The position numbers and the translations under genes were made by a program. A DNA stretch of 63,778 nt, counting the filler, from Olpidium bornovanus S191 (taxonomy: Eukaryota; Fungi; Olpidiomycota): NCBI GenBank assembly GCA_017911155.1. It is 32 parts of 32 records of this genome, joined end to end, with 100 filler letters (N's around TTAATTAATTAA, not from the genome) between each part and the next. Parts side by side here need not be neighbours in the genome. Positions count along the whole stretch, not along the records: positions 20,618 to 23,326 come from JAEFCI010002991.1; positions 23,427 to 24,909 come from JAEFCI010010064.1; positions 25,010 to 27,287 come from JAEFCI010005669.1; positions 27,388 to 28,498 come from JAEFCI010008091.1; positions 28,599 to 29,732 come from JAEFCI010004355.1; positions 29,833 to 32,857 come from JAEFCI010001504.1; positions 32,958 to 34,014 come from JAEFCI010008988.1; positions 34,115 to 35,327 come from JAEFCI010000342.1; 24 more parts are not named here. The stretch is one strand, 5' to 3'. The notes below the pieces were generated by a model that saw only the letters and a list, made by a program, of their open reading frames with translations, did no database searches and had not been told where the DNA came from. Each line of letters starts with the position of its first letter. Positions within the stretch are counted from its first letter, which is position 1. Of this stretch, positions 22,961 to 35,943 are shown piece by piece.

Positions 22961-23544
22961 GCGCCGTCAGAGTCCCGTTGGGCTCAAAAGCTGTTGTGCT
23001 TCTTCCCGGGAGGTTTATCAAGAGAGAGTTTACACTGAAGCTTCTGAGAAAGTTTTGTCAAGAACGCGGGGATGGTAGTCGGTGTCCCACTTTTTGCAAT
23101 TATTTTCGCATGTGTCCCCCGAAATGAAAATCTCCCCCCCCCCACAAAAACAAAAAAGAAAAAAAAAACCCCCCCCGCCAAAGGAAGGAAGGGCGCCACA
23201 CACCACCGCTGATTCCCTTCCGCCTCCCATCCCTCCCTTCCTTCCTCCCGGTGGTCCGGCGGTGTGCCTGCCGCACGCAATGCCGGCAATGCCGGCAGGA
23301 AGGAAGGAAGGAGAGGAGGAAGGAAGNNNNNNNNNNNNNNNNNNNNNNNNNNNNNNNNNNNNNNNNNNNNTTAATTAATTAANNNNNNNNNNNNNNNNNN
23401 NNNNNNNNNNNNNNNNNNNNNNNNNNAAGAGAACCAAGAGACACAGAAGCGAAAACAAAGAAGGAGAAGGAGAAAGGGAGGTGACGGAACGGGGAAGAAT
23501 GAACCTCCGTTGTGCGCACCCCCGCGAATTTCCGTCGCTTGGTC

Positions 23545-24731
<1,187 letters not shown>

Positions 24732-25009
24732 AACCCAATCCTTACTTTTGCATACCGAAAGCGGTGCGCCTGTGTCGCTTCGCGAGTTGGTAATAGAAGA
24801 CTTGAGGCTCTAGTTTGGTCAGAGTTAGATGGGAGCTTGTGGACGGCGTGATTGCTGGGAATTTACAGCAAATCTGACAGCGCCACGATGCGTCCAGGGG
24901 AGCAGCATGNNNNNNNNNNNNNNNNNNNNNNNNNNNNNNNNNNNNNNNNNNNNTTAATTAATTAANNNNNNNNNNNNNNNNNNNNNNNNNNNNNNNNNNN
25001 NNNNNNNNN

Positions 25010-27287
25010 CATGTACCCGTGCTCGGCCAGGTCCTGGTATCCGACCGAACGCCTGTTGGCCCACCGGAAAAGGTCGCGCAGCGTCGCGAACGAGTGCTGC
25101 CGCTCGAACAGGCGGGTGGCCTGGCGGCGGGTTTGCAGCGCGCGGTACACGGCCACAAGCTTGGCGCAGTACGACGGCGGGGCGCCGCAGCGGCGGGCCA
25201 GGATGGTCTCCAGCTCGTCCTCGGGGATGTCGTCAAAGTGCAGTTCCAGGAACCGGTTTCGAAACGCCCGCGAGAGCGCCTTCCGGCCCGCGTACAGGCC
25301 CGCGGGGTTCTGCGTCGCGAACAGCATGAACCGCGGGTGCGGCTTCACGACTTCCTGCGTCTCCGGGATCAGGATCTCGCGGTTGTCGTCGAGCAGGCGG
25401 TTCAGGGCTTCGAGGACGTCCGAAGGCGCAAGGTTCAGCTCGTCCAGGATGACCCAGTGTCCGCGGCGCAGCGCCTCGATCAGCGCGCCCTCGCGGAACA
25501 CCAGGCGACCGTCCGGCGACGGGGAGTAGCAGCCGAGATACTCCTGCAGGTCGGTGTGCTCGTGGTTGTTTATCCGTATGACCCGGTGGCCGGTCCTGGC
25601 CGCCAGGTAGCTGATCATCGAAGTCTTCCCCACCGACGTCGGGCCCTGAAGCAGGATTGGATAATTCCGGGCGTGAACGGCCCGCGCAAGGTCGCGCAGG
25701 TTTTCGTCCACCGAGGGCGTCAGGATGTAACTGCTGACGTCTTGTATGGGTTCCGGCCCGACCAGCAGCCAGAAAGGGCCGAAACGGACGTGCGCGCTCC
25801 GCTCGTCGTCGTCAGAGGCGCCCGGAGGGGGCCGCGGCACCTGGCTGAGGAGCGAGCTCACGTTCTTGACGCTCGCGAGGATGTGCTTCACCGCGAGGTT
25901 CCAAACCGTGGCCCTGCTGGCCCGGCCGATCTGCGTCACGAACGTCATGCAGATTCCGTCGAAGAGGGACCTCCGCACGCCGTACGTCGGCGTGCTCGCG
26001 ACGGCGTACGTCAGCGAGCGAGACAGCGTCCGCAGGCTGTAATGGGGCCGCTGGCCGGCCCCGTCGGCGATGGCGTGGGAGGCGGCGAGCTGCTTGGCGG
26101 CCAAATAAAAGTCCGCCACGTCTTCCGCGCACGAGCGGAAGGCCGGCCCGACCGCGACGCTGGCGAGGTACTGGCGCACGACCTCCAGGAGGTCGCTTCG
26201 GCGGGCGTCCGGGGACGGGACGTGGAACTCCGTGAAACGCGACCGGAGCCCGGGCGGCAGGTCCCGTTTCCCGACGTCGGTCGAGGGGTTCATGCAGGCG
26301 AAGATCCGGAAGTCCCGGTGGCGCGGAACGGGCGCTTTGTCACCGCGCTCGGCGAGGAAGAGCGAGCCGGTCTCTCCCTGGAGCAAAGAACTCAGGCACT
26401 CAAGCGTTTCCGCCGCGGCGAGGTTGATCTCGTCGAGCAGTATCCATTCGCCGCGCGCGACGGCCTTTCCCAGGACGCCCTCGACGAACCTGAACACGAG
26501 CCGAGCCCTTCCTCCGTCCTGCTGCTCAACCTCCAGGTCTGCAACGGCGTCGGAGAACCGGCGCCATCGGAGCCTCAGGTCGGGCGTGAACACCGACCTT
26601 CTCAGCTTGTCTGCCGCTTCGCCAGCGCCGGCAGGCCCTTCTCCAATTTCCTTCTCGTCGCGAAACCGCTGTTCGGCCATCACGCACGCTTGGCGATAAA
26701 GCGCCGCCAGTCGCGCGAACAAGCCCTTGGCCGCCGCCTTCCGTGCGGCTTCCAGAAACTTGGCGTTCCTGCGCACCGAGAAGGTCATGGCAAAAATGGA
26801 GTCGAACTCGTCCCTGAGCCGAACTACGAGGGACCGGGCGTCGACCGGCCGGTACCCGCCCAGTAGGTCCGACCCCTCGCTCTGTTGCGACAGGTTTACC
26901 ACAACGAGCTTTCGACCGACCATGTCCGCCAGCTTCTGAACGGCGGTGGTCTTCCCGGTCCCCGTCTCGCCGACGAGGAGGACGGGCTCGTTCATGTGCG
27001 CGCACACCGCCACCCGCTCGAGGACGCGCAGAGCGTGCATTGTCGGCGCGAAGGGGCGGCAGCCGCCGATAGCCGCAATCTTCCGACTGCCAGGACGCGG
27101 CGCCGGGAGGCGCACCCTGCCGATCCTGACGGCGTGGGGTTCGTCCGCCCCTGCGCCCACCAGCGACATGGTTGGAGCGTACGAGTCTATAAAATGCTGG
27201 ACCCGCTCGGGAGGGACGCCTAGCACGACGCCGAGCTTGCCGAAAACAAGCGAGAGAGCGTCGGCGCTCGCAATGTCACCGCAGAAG
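25010..27287 (-). CDS. MDN1: Midasin (Rea1/MDN1) dynein-related AAA+ ATPase, internal fragment
   Basis: Over 750 codons are open across the contig. Two AAA modules are visible (LLVGETGTGKT...WILLDEINLA; LLQGPTSVGKT...WVILDELNLA), with midasin-specific motifs NLSQQSEGSDLLGGYRP, RINNHEHTDLQEYLG and FATQNPAGLYAGRKALSRAFRNRF. Confidence 0.97.
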
Positions 27288-27499
27288 NNNNNNNNNNNNN
27301 NNNNNNNNNNNNNNNNNNNNNNNNNNNNNNNTTAATTAATTAANNNNNNNNNNNNNNNNNNNNNNNNNNNNNNNNNNNNNNNNNNNNGCAGGATCCGGAG
27401 ATTCCGCGTACCAATGTGACCAAGTCGCTCGTGCCATTTGCCGTAATCGGAGATATGCTCTGTACTTGCAGCCAGTGCAGTTGACTCAATTCCATCAGT

Positions 27500-27950
27500 C
27501 ATTGCATGGTGATCTTGTTCGTGTCCGTGAACAGGCTTCCCATGTAGATAGTATAGTCCGTTAAAAGCAGCAGAATCTGTGGTAACAAGAAGATTTTTTT
27601 TGTAGATCTGTACGCTTTTATCGTTAGAATGGAATGGAAATTCCTCCAGGAATTGACATTTGCCAGGAGCGCCCCCTGGAAGGTGCTGTGCCTATAAAAG
27701 GCGTTGTACGGGTTGAAGCAGGCAGGAAGAAGCCTGGGCGCAGCGTCTAAATCGTGCGCTGACCAGGCGGGGCTTTAAATGCCTTCAAACCGACCACAGG
27801 GCGTACGTCCGGAAAAAGGGTGACGAAACAACCACGTGGCTCCTAACCTGAGTTGATGACCTGCCCGTTTTCTCTCCAAAGAAGGAGCACGTCCTCCGGG
27901 TAAAAGACGAACTTCGTGAACAATTCAGAATCAGCGATGTCTCAACGTCA
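27500..27950 (+). mobile_element. Ty1/copia reverse transcriptase pseudogene
   Basis: MEIPPG...CL*KALYGLKQAGR, then after a frameshift AWAQRLNRALTRRGFKCLQTDHRAYVRKKGDETTTWLLT*VDDLPVFSPKKEHVLRVKDELREQFRISD. The catalytic (W/Y)VDD residue is a TGA stop at 27849-27851. Confidence 0.88.
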
Positions 27951-28450
27951 GCACGTTTTCTGCCTCTTCCGTTCTCAGCACACAGCCGCCGCCCAAATTG
28001 TTTCGCAAAAAAAAGAGTAAAATAAAAAATGGCTTCAGCACACAGCCGCCCCCGGAACTCATGCAAAAAAAAAGAGACGGGAAAAAAAAAACCAGAAGGC
28101 GTCAGCACGTTTTCTCTTTCTTCCGTTCGTTTTGTGTTCCTTTTTTTTTCCGACGGCCGCCGGCGTATATTTTCACGTGTTCTTTTTATTGAAGCGTCTC
28201 CTCGGCATCCCGGCCTTGGGCGTTGGTTCAAGTTCCTCTTGGGTGTCAGCCTGGGCAGCGTCCCCGGGTAGCCGCGCTGTCTTCACGTTGAGCACACCAC
28301 CTCCCCCTAGAGGTAAGTCTCATCGTCCGCGGCGTTGGGCAAAAACAGGAGAGGGGCGAAGAGGGATGCCTCGGCCGCACCGGGGCCGGAAGGCAAGACT
28401 GGACATGAGGTTCCAAGACGGGCTTCGAAGGACAGCATTGGTTTTGCTTC

Positions 28451-28491
<41 letters not shown>

Positions 28492-28667
28492 GGGGCCCNN
28501 NNNNNNNNNNNNNNNNNNNNNNNNNNNNNNNNNNNNNNNNNNTTAATTAATTAANNNNNNNNNNNNNNNNNNNNNNNNNNNNNNNNNNNNNNNNNNNNCA
28601 CCCCCCCCCCCCCCTTCCCCTTTCCACCCTCCCTCTCTTTCTCTTTCCCCCCCACGCGCCGGCCCAC

Positions 28668-28691
28668 TTTCTGAATGCGCCGCAGTGCCAT
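28668..28691 (-). CDS. UBC4: First coding exon of a UBC4/UBC5 (UBE2D) ubiquitin-conjugating enzyme; the rest is off-contig
   Basis: ATG GCA CTG CGG CGC ATT CAG AAA|GTGGGC gives MALRRIQK followed by a GT donor, matching the MALKRI.K N-terminus of the family. Only 8 codons are visible. Confidence 0.7.
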
Positions 28692-28821
28692 TGCCGGGCG
28701 TTTGGTGAGTTCTCTCACGAGCCCCTGGCAGGTGGGCAGGGCGGAGTTGCACGAAGTGGGTGATGGAGGAGAGGAGAAAGAAGAAGGGTGGGAGTTTCCG
28801 TCGTCGTCGGCGGCCCTCTTT

Positions 28822-28862
<41 letters not shown>

Positions 28863-29695
28863 CCCTTTCCTCTCCGTTCGCGGGGGAACGGCCGGGGACG
28901 GCGGAGAGTCCCCCCGCACGCCCGCACGCCCGCACGCCCGCACGCCCGCCGGCGGGAGAATCCGTTTTCTGCCCGGGCAAACAAACGCACGCCCCGCCTA
29001 TTTTGCGCATTCCAAGAAGCGCGCGCGCGCGGCAGGGCCCGGTGCGCAGAGGGTTCGAATTGTTGCCAACAAAGAGTGAGGGCCGCGCGGGCCCCGGCAA
29101 GCGCGAAGGCGGGCGGGGCGCTGCTGGAACAGGAGCGGACGGGCCCCCGCCACCTTTTTTTTGCAGCATCGTTTCATCCCCCCCGCGGCAAACTCCGCTT
29201 TGTTTGAAACGTGGGTACCTGCCGCCGCGACGACGCGTCGCTTTTCTGCGTGCGCCGCGGTTCTCTCGGCATCATCGCGTCTGGTGAACGGGCGTTTTGG
29301 GCCCTTCCCCCCCCCCCCGCGCTTTTTACGCCGAGGCGTTCTCTCGATCGGGGCCGCGTGAAAAAAAAGATCGCGGGCGAGGCTGATCTGCAACGGATAG
29401 CCTCGCCGGTGACCCCGACCTCCCTCGTCCGCCAATCAGTGCGGTCGACGAGGGAGTTTGCGTCGACCATTCAGCGCCCCATTCCCTCGGCGCCTGGCGA
29501 CAAAAATTGGAGGGCAAGCGAAAGCCTTGGTTCAAGGCGCCGGGCGGGCGGTGCCGTGTGACGACGGGGGCCCCCTCGGCGAACAACGTGCGGCGACAGC
29601 GACAGACGAAACGGCGATCCGGACGGGGTGCGGCGGGGCGGGGGGGGAGGGACCAAGGCCAGCGGGCGGAACGGGGAATTGGCCGGCAAGGTGGT

Positions 29696-29732
<37 letters not shown>

Positions 29733-30713
29733 NNNNNNNNNNNNNNNNNNNNNNNNNNNNNNNNNNNNNNNNNNNNTTAATTAATTAANNNNNNNNNNNN
29801 NNNNNNNNNNNNNNNNNNNNNNNNNNNNNNNNCTGTCGACAGCCGACTGTGTCGGAGCCGCACGCGTCGAAGGCCGAATATTTCAGCCTGGCCCAGAAGA
29901 CCACGGCCAAAAAGTGATTTCCGGGCTGGTGGAGGTGCGACGTTTTGGACCGGAACCTCGGGAGGCGTTTCTGGCACGAAACCGACAGCCATGCCGTCTT
30001 CGAGACCGAGAATCCGGTCGGGAGTATGCCCATCGCAGAAATCGTTTTGCGGACCGGTCGACTGATTGCGCGACAGGCGGCGATTTACAACGGCCACGAC
30101 GCACCGAGCGCGTGCGCGACGGCCATGGTCCCGGTGGCAAAAAGATGCGCCGGCTGGCCGGCCTCCCGGCGCACATCGGGAAAACTCTCTACGCATCAAT
30201 TCACCCGTTCCCCCCACGCGAACCGCAAAAAAAAAAAAAAATAGTCCGCCCGGACGATCCGGGGTAACTACCGGCGAGAGCGTTGTCGAGCCTTGAGCGA
30301 CTCCATTTTCTGTTTTTTTTTTTTTTTTTTTTTTTTTTTTTCCGTTTTCCCGTCTTCCTCGCGGGCTGTTTGTTTGCGTGCGGGGAGGCCGTGAGCGAGC
30401 TCGTTCCAATTGCGGCGGGAAACCCGTTTTTGCGCGCGCATTTCCTCCTCCGGCCGTTTTGAGAAAACCAAGCGCAGGTGGTTCGCGTCCTCCTCCCGAC
30501 CGCAACCCGAGCGACAACCCGACGGCTAGAAAGTTTGGATCTCTCTCTCTCTCTCTCGCTCCCGCCCGGTCTCCCGCCGCCCGCACCCTAGAACTGCAAG
30601 GACCCCCGCGGATCGGGAGGAGCGTCACACCGGACCCCAAACTGGCTGGGGTGTGTGTGTGTGTGTGTGTGCGTGCGCGTGGATCCGGATCCCATCCCGA
30701 CCAACAACTCCAA

Positions 30714-32270
30714 ATGGACCGCTACCCTCCAGCCGTGCAGGAGTACCTCGCCGCGTTCGCCCCGCACGAGGTGCCGCGTGTCGTGAACCGCCTGCTGCTG
30801 TGGGCGGTGCGCTGCCAGCGGGCCCTCGCGGCGGGCGCCGACGCCCAGCACTCACCGGACCGCCCCCCGGCCGGCGTCCCCTCCGGGGCGAAGCGCCCGC
30901 GCACTGCCGCGGGGGCGGCGGGGAAGCAGCGCGCCAGGCCGGCATCCGAGACCCGGTTGCAAAAGGTCGCCCCGCGCGTCGCCTTGGTTTTGGTGACGCC
31001 AGGCGCACCACAGCATTTTTTCGGCCTTTTTCCGGCTTCTACCGTGCGCTGAATCTCCTCACCCCCCCACTTTCCCCTACTCACTCCTGCTTTTCGGTCG
31101 CGTTCGCAGCCACACGTGTTCGGAGAATACCCTTCCTGGTGGGGCCACGAGGAGCACAAGCCTAGCCATGCCGACGGGCCGCGGGGCAGGACCGTCACGC
31201 CCAAATGCCAAACGGCCGGCAGGATTTTCGATGGGAACGGTGTGGGTTTCTGTTTACGCGTGTTATAAAGCGAAAATCTGTCGATCTGGGTGGTAGTTGA
31301 CTCCGCCCCTGGAATGCCTTCATTGCGCGCCAAAAAGGAAAGGTAGACGAGGCCACGCAGACGTTGGATCCCGGGGCGTGGCGGGCCCACACGAAGCCTG
31401 ATCGCGCGCTGACCGAGGGTAGGCGAATCTGGCGGATAATCCGAGGCTGTGCTGGCCGACGAGTTTAGACGGCAAGTGCTAGGTTCGATGACTTGACCCC
31501 GCAACCCTAGGCAGAACAGGGTCGGATCAAGCGTCACGCTCCGCGGATCCCGCGGATGCCCAGGGTCCGGATGAGGTTTCCGGCGAACGACAGTTGACTC
31601 CAAGACGGAGCGAAGTTCCGGAATCGACCAGGTAGCCTTTGGGAAGGTTACAGCACGTCGTCGCGCTTATGCTTGCGGCGCCCACTCGGACCACCGGCCC
31701 AAAGCTCACCGCGCATATCCTAAACGGCGCTCTGAGAGCAGGGCCGGCCACGCCGAGAATCCTCGTCCACAACGACGTCCGCAGAGATGGCGAGGAGTGT
31801 CGGACAGTGCAGACGCCAATGCAGCGCGGAACCACTCGACGAAGCCGAATAAGCCCTCGGCAAAGAAGCCCCCGGTTGCTTGGATGGTGCCCGCAGCAGC
31901 AACACCGAAGACGGCCGACGATGCGGACGAGAGCGGAGAAGGCGAGAAAGCTCTTTATTTTTTGCGCCGCAGCAGCGCCCGCCGCGGTATGCGTCCGCCT
32001 AACGAAAACGATCGGGCCGCAAAATAGGCACAGGGAGGGAAGACGAGCCGCGGCCACTTGCGCAGTACACTGACATATGGCACGCTGTGGACAGCACACG
32101 AATACCGGGTGTCCTGCGGAGGAGGCCGCCCGGGCGCCGGGGTTGCGGCGGCGAGGTGGAGACGCAGACGGGTCCTGCAGCCATCGTCACGGCGTTCCTG
32201 GCAAGCGAATTCGTGCACTGCCTGGATGAGCCTGAGAACACCGACAACAGCGACCCCAGCTCTGTCGTAT
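30714..32270 (+). CDS. Hypothetical multi-exon protein, unidentified
   Basis: Coding-like segments: MDRYPPAVQEYLAAFAPHEVPRVVNRLLLWAVRCQRAL..., PHVFGEYPSWWGHEE..., KKPPVAWMVP... and AIVTAFLASEFVHCL.... The exon structure is uncertain. Confidence 0.35.
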
Positions 32271-32540
32271 AACCCCGGGGGCCATATTTATAGTCGTGGC
32301 CGGCAGTGTTTCGTTTGATATATTAGCGACGTCAACATCTTGACAAAATCTCGCCAATGAGCCAGCGGGAGGTAGCGACGTCCCAGGCTTGGAGGCAGGC
32401 GCCTCAGGCAAACGCGTGAGAGCGGATACGTAAGGCTGATTGTTCACCGTGACACCGTTTGCCATGCATCTGACTGATGAAGCTGAATCGAAACACAACC
32501 ATCCTGTGCATTTTGTGACGAAACGACTTCTTTCCACCAC

Positions 32541-32857
32541 CCGTGTAACAGTCCATATACTTTTGCTTTTGCAGAAGCAAAAGTATATGGACTGTTACAT
32601 GGTGAGGTAAATACATTTGCCCTATATCAGTATACCCATAGTTAAAAAAGAGTTACATTGTTTGACATTCAGGCACCTCTTGTTGACAAGAGGCACCATA
32701 TTTTGACATGAATGATTAATGTGAATTATGGAGTGCCATGGAGAGGCAGGTTGCCTTTGGCAAAACAGAAGGGCAGATGCACTTTGATCAATCAGAGTGT
32801 CAGCCTCATTTCCCTCCATTGCTTGGGGTTAACTTTTAGACACAAAAGTTAACCCCA
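32541..32857. repeat. Cluster of near-perfect palindromes/hairpins in an AT-rich tract
   Basis: Perfect 25-bp arms at 32544-32568/32575-32599; CCTCTTGT-TG-ACAAGAGG at 32676-32693; CACTTTGAT-CA-ATCAGAGTG at 32780-32799; perfect 14-bp arms TGGGGTTAACTTTT/AAAAGTTAACCCCA at 32824-32857. Confidence 0.9.
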
Positions 32858-33076
32858 NNNNNNNNNNNNNNNNNNNNNNNNNNNNNNNNNNNNNNNNNNN
32901 NTTAATTAATTAANNNNNNNNNNNNNNNNNNNNNNNNNNNNNNNNNNNNNNNNNNNNTCAGTTGCCCGGCAAGTAACAACCCCGACGTCGACGGCCCGGA
33001 GTACGGCAAAACGAAAAAAGCGTGCGCAAATCCGCAACAACGTTCATCTCCGTCTGCGAAACATATTATATCCTCA

Positions 33077-33694
<618 letters not shown>

Positions 33695-33933
33695 CTTGCC
33701 ACCAACAAGAGGGCTGCAGCCGTCAAAGTGTCTGCAGTGACCGTTCGCGTGGTGGGCACTGCTCGAATCCGCCGCCGGGCTTCGTTTTGTCCAGAACAGG
33801 CAGATCCCGGCTAAGCCGTCGGTGCTGTCGTCGACGGATTCACCGTACGGGGAACAAAACGGTACACAGGTCAACAAAGAGCGAGATCTCGTCACCGGCC
33901 GCCGCAGCGGGAAGGGTGGAGGGGGGGGGGAAA

Positions 33934-33965
<32 letters not shown>

Positions 33966-34192
33966 GCGTTCCCCCCCCCCGGTCACGCCCGGGAAAGCGG
34001 CGGGGCGCGCCCCANNNNNNNNNNNNNNNNNNNNNNNNNNNNNNNNNNNNNNNNNNNNTTAATTAATTAANNNNNNNNNNNNNNNNNNNNNNNNNNNNNN
34101 NNNNNNNNNNNNNNGGCGGACGCGGGGGGGGGGGGGGGGGGGGGGCGGGCGGGGGGGGGGGGGGGGAGGGGGGGGGGGGGGGGGGGCCGGCG

Positions 34193-34243
<51 letters not shown>

Positions 34244-35004
34244 AGTATGGTTTGCGTCAGGGGAATGAGGCCCTCCGACGAGGCAACGGCCAGGTTGCCA
34301 AGATCCGTTCGCCGGCTTCGCTGGTGCGCAGCCGTGGCGGAACAGGCTGCCGCGCAGCGCCGCGCAGGGCCGCTTGCCGGTTCCACCGGCTGTACCCCTG
34401 GCGCTCACCTTCCTACCCGACAGCCGGAGCCAAGATTTCAACCGCGACGATACGGACGCCGCCAGGTAAGACGGCGCCGGCCCCGGGGACTGATCTTGGC
34501 CGGTGTCGGGTGCAGTGGCGGACGTCATGGCTCGTCGTTGGCGCTCCCGCGCGCTGTGCCGAGAGGGGCGCGGGAGGCGCCTCGTCCTCCACCCCGCCCC
34601 CACTTTTCCTTCTCGCGGCCCGCAGCCCGCAGAGCCTGGAAGCCCCCGCCCTCTTTTCCCTTCCGCCGCCGGCACGCACGCCTTGCGCCACAGGAAGGCA
34701 CCCCGCGCCGCCTGGTGCAGGGCCCGCTACGGAACGTTTCGTCCAACCGCGTTTGATGTTGCGCTTCAGGTCAGCTTGAATGCCGAAAACAAGGACACCG
34801 CCAGATCTTTGAACGCCCGCAACGCCCACTGCGCACCTTGTTCGAGGGCGCAATTGTCGTCGCTTGGTGAACCCACGATTCAAGATGTTGGCACGATTTC
34901 TGATTTTTGATCAGTCAATCAAAATTACTCGGGATTTGCAGGACAGATTGCGATTAAACCAGCGCAATTCAGAGTTTCTGCTGTTATAATTGGGTCTTCC
35001 ACTG

Positions 35005-35327
35005 GGCATATAACTTACCAGATGTGCGACTGTACAAAGGTTACAATTGGGCTCAACGCAAACTAAGACGTGGTACATAGATTTGTTGTTTGCTCTTCCA
35101 GCGCCAAAAAGAATTCGCATAGTACCACATAATTCCACCACAGCATTCCACCTCAAAAAGGTGAATGAACGCCCCCAAGGTATATAGCTTAGCAGACGTC
35201 TGACTGTACAAGGCAGAATTATGCTCTACGCAAAACAAGCCGTGGCACATAAATTTGTTGTTCGCTATTCCAGCGCCAAAAATTTTCACATAGTACCACA
35301 TAATTCCACCTCAAAAAGGTACATGAA
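35005..35327. repeat. About 174-bp AT-rich tandem repeat, about 2 copies, cut by the contig end
   Basis: Units start near 35005 and 35179 and share gactgtacaa...atttgttgtt(t/c)gct.ttccagcgccaaaaa...catagtaccacataattccacc...tcaaaaaggt. Confidence 0.85.
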
Positions 35328-35563
35328 NNNNNNNNNNNNNNNNNNNNNNNNNNNNNNNNNNNNNNNNNNNNTTAATTAATTAANNNNNNNNNNNNNNNNN
35401 NNNNNNNNNNNNNNNNNNNNNNNNNNNAAAAAAGAAAACCTGTTTGGTTGTTCGTGCGTGCTTGCGTGCGTTTTTTTCTTATTTTTTTTTTTTTTTTTTT
35501 TTTTTTTTCTGTTTTTTTTTTTTTGGACGCCCCCGGGGGGGGGGGGGGCGGGGGGGGGGGGGG

Positions 35564-35601
<38 letters not shown>

Positions 35602-35943
35602 AAACCTGTTTGGTTGTTCGTGCGTGCTTGCGTGCGTTTTTTTCTTATTTTTTTTTTTTTTCTTTTTTTCTTTTCTGTTTTTCTTTTTTTGGACGCCGCC
35701 GGGGGGGGGAGGGCCGGGGGCGAGCGGAGAAAGCATTTTTCTCAGAGTTTTTTCCGCAGTCTCCAAACAAAAGAGGGGGGAGGAAGAGAGCGCCACGTGT
35801 TGTGTGTGTCACTGTGATCATCTTGATGGGGTTGGATTGGATTGCAATTGGATTGGATTTATGTGACGATTCTCGGCCGGGCGAGCGAGAGGGGAGGCGC
35901 GGCGGGGGGGGGGGTTGATGGGGAAGCGTGACATATTCGGATC

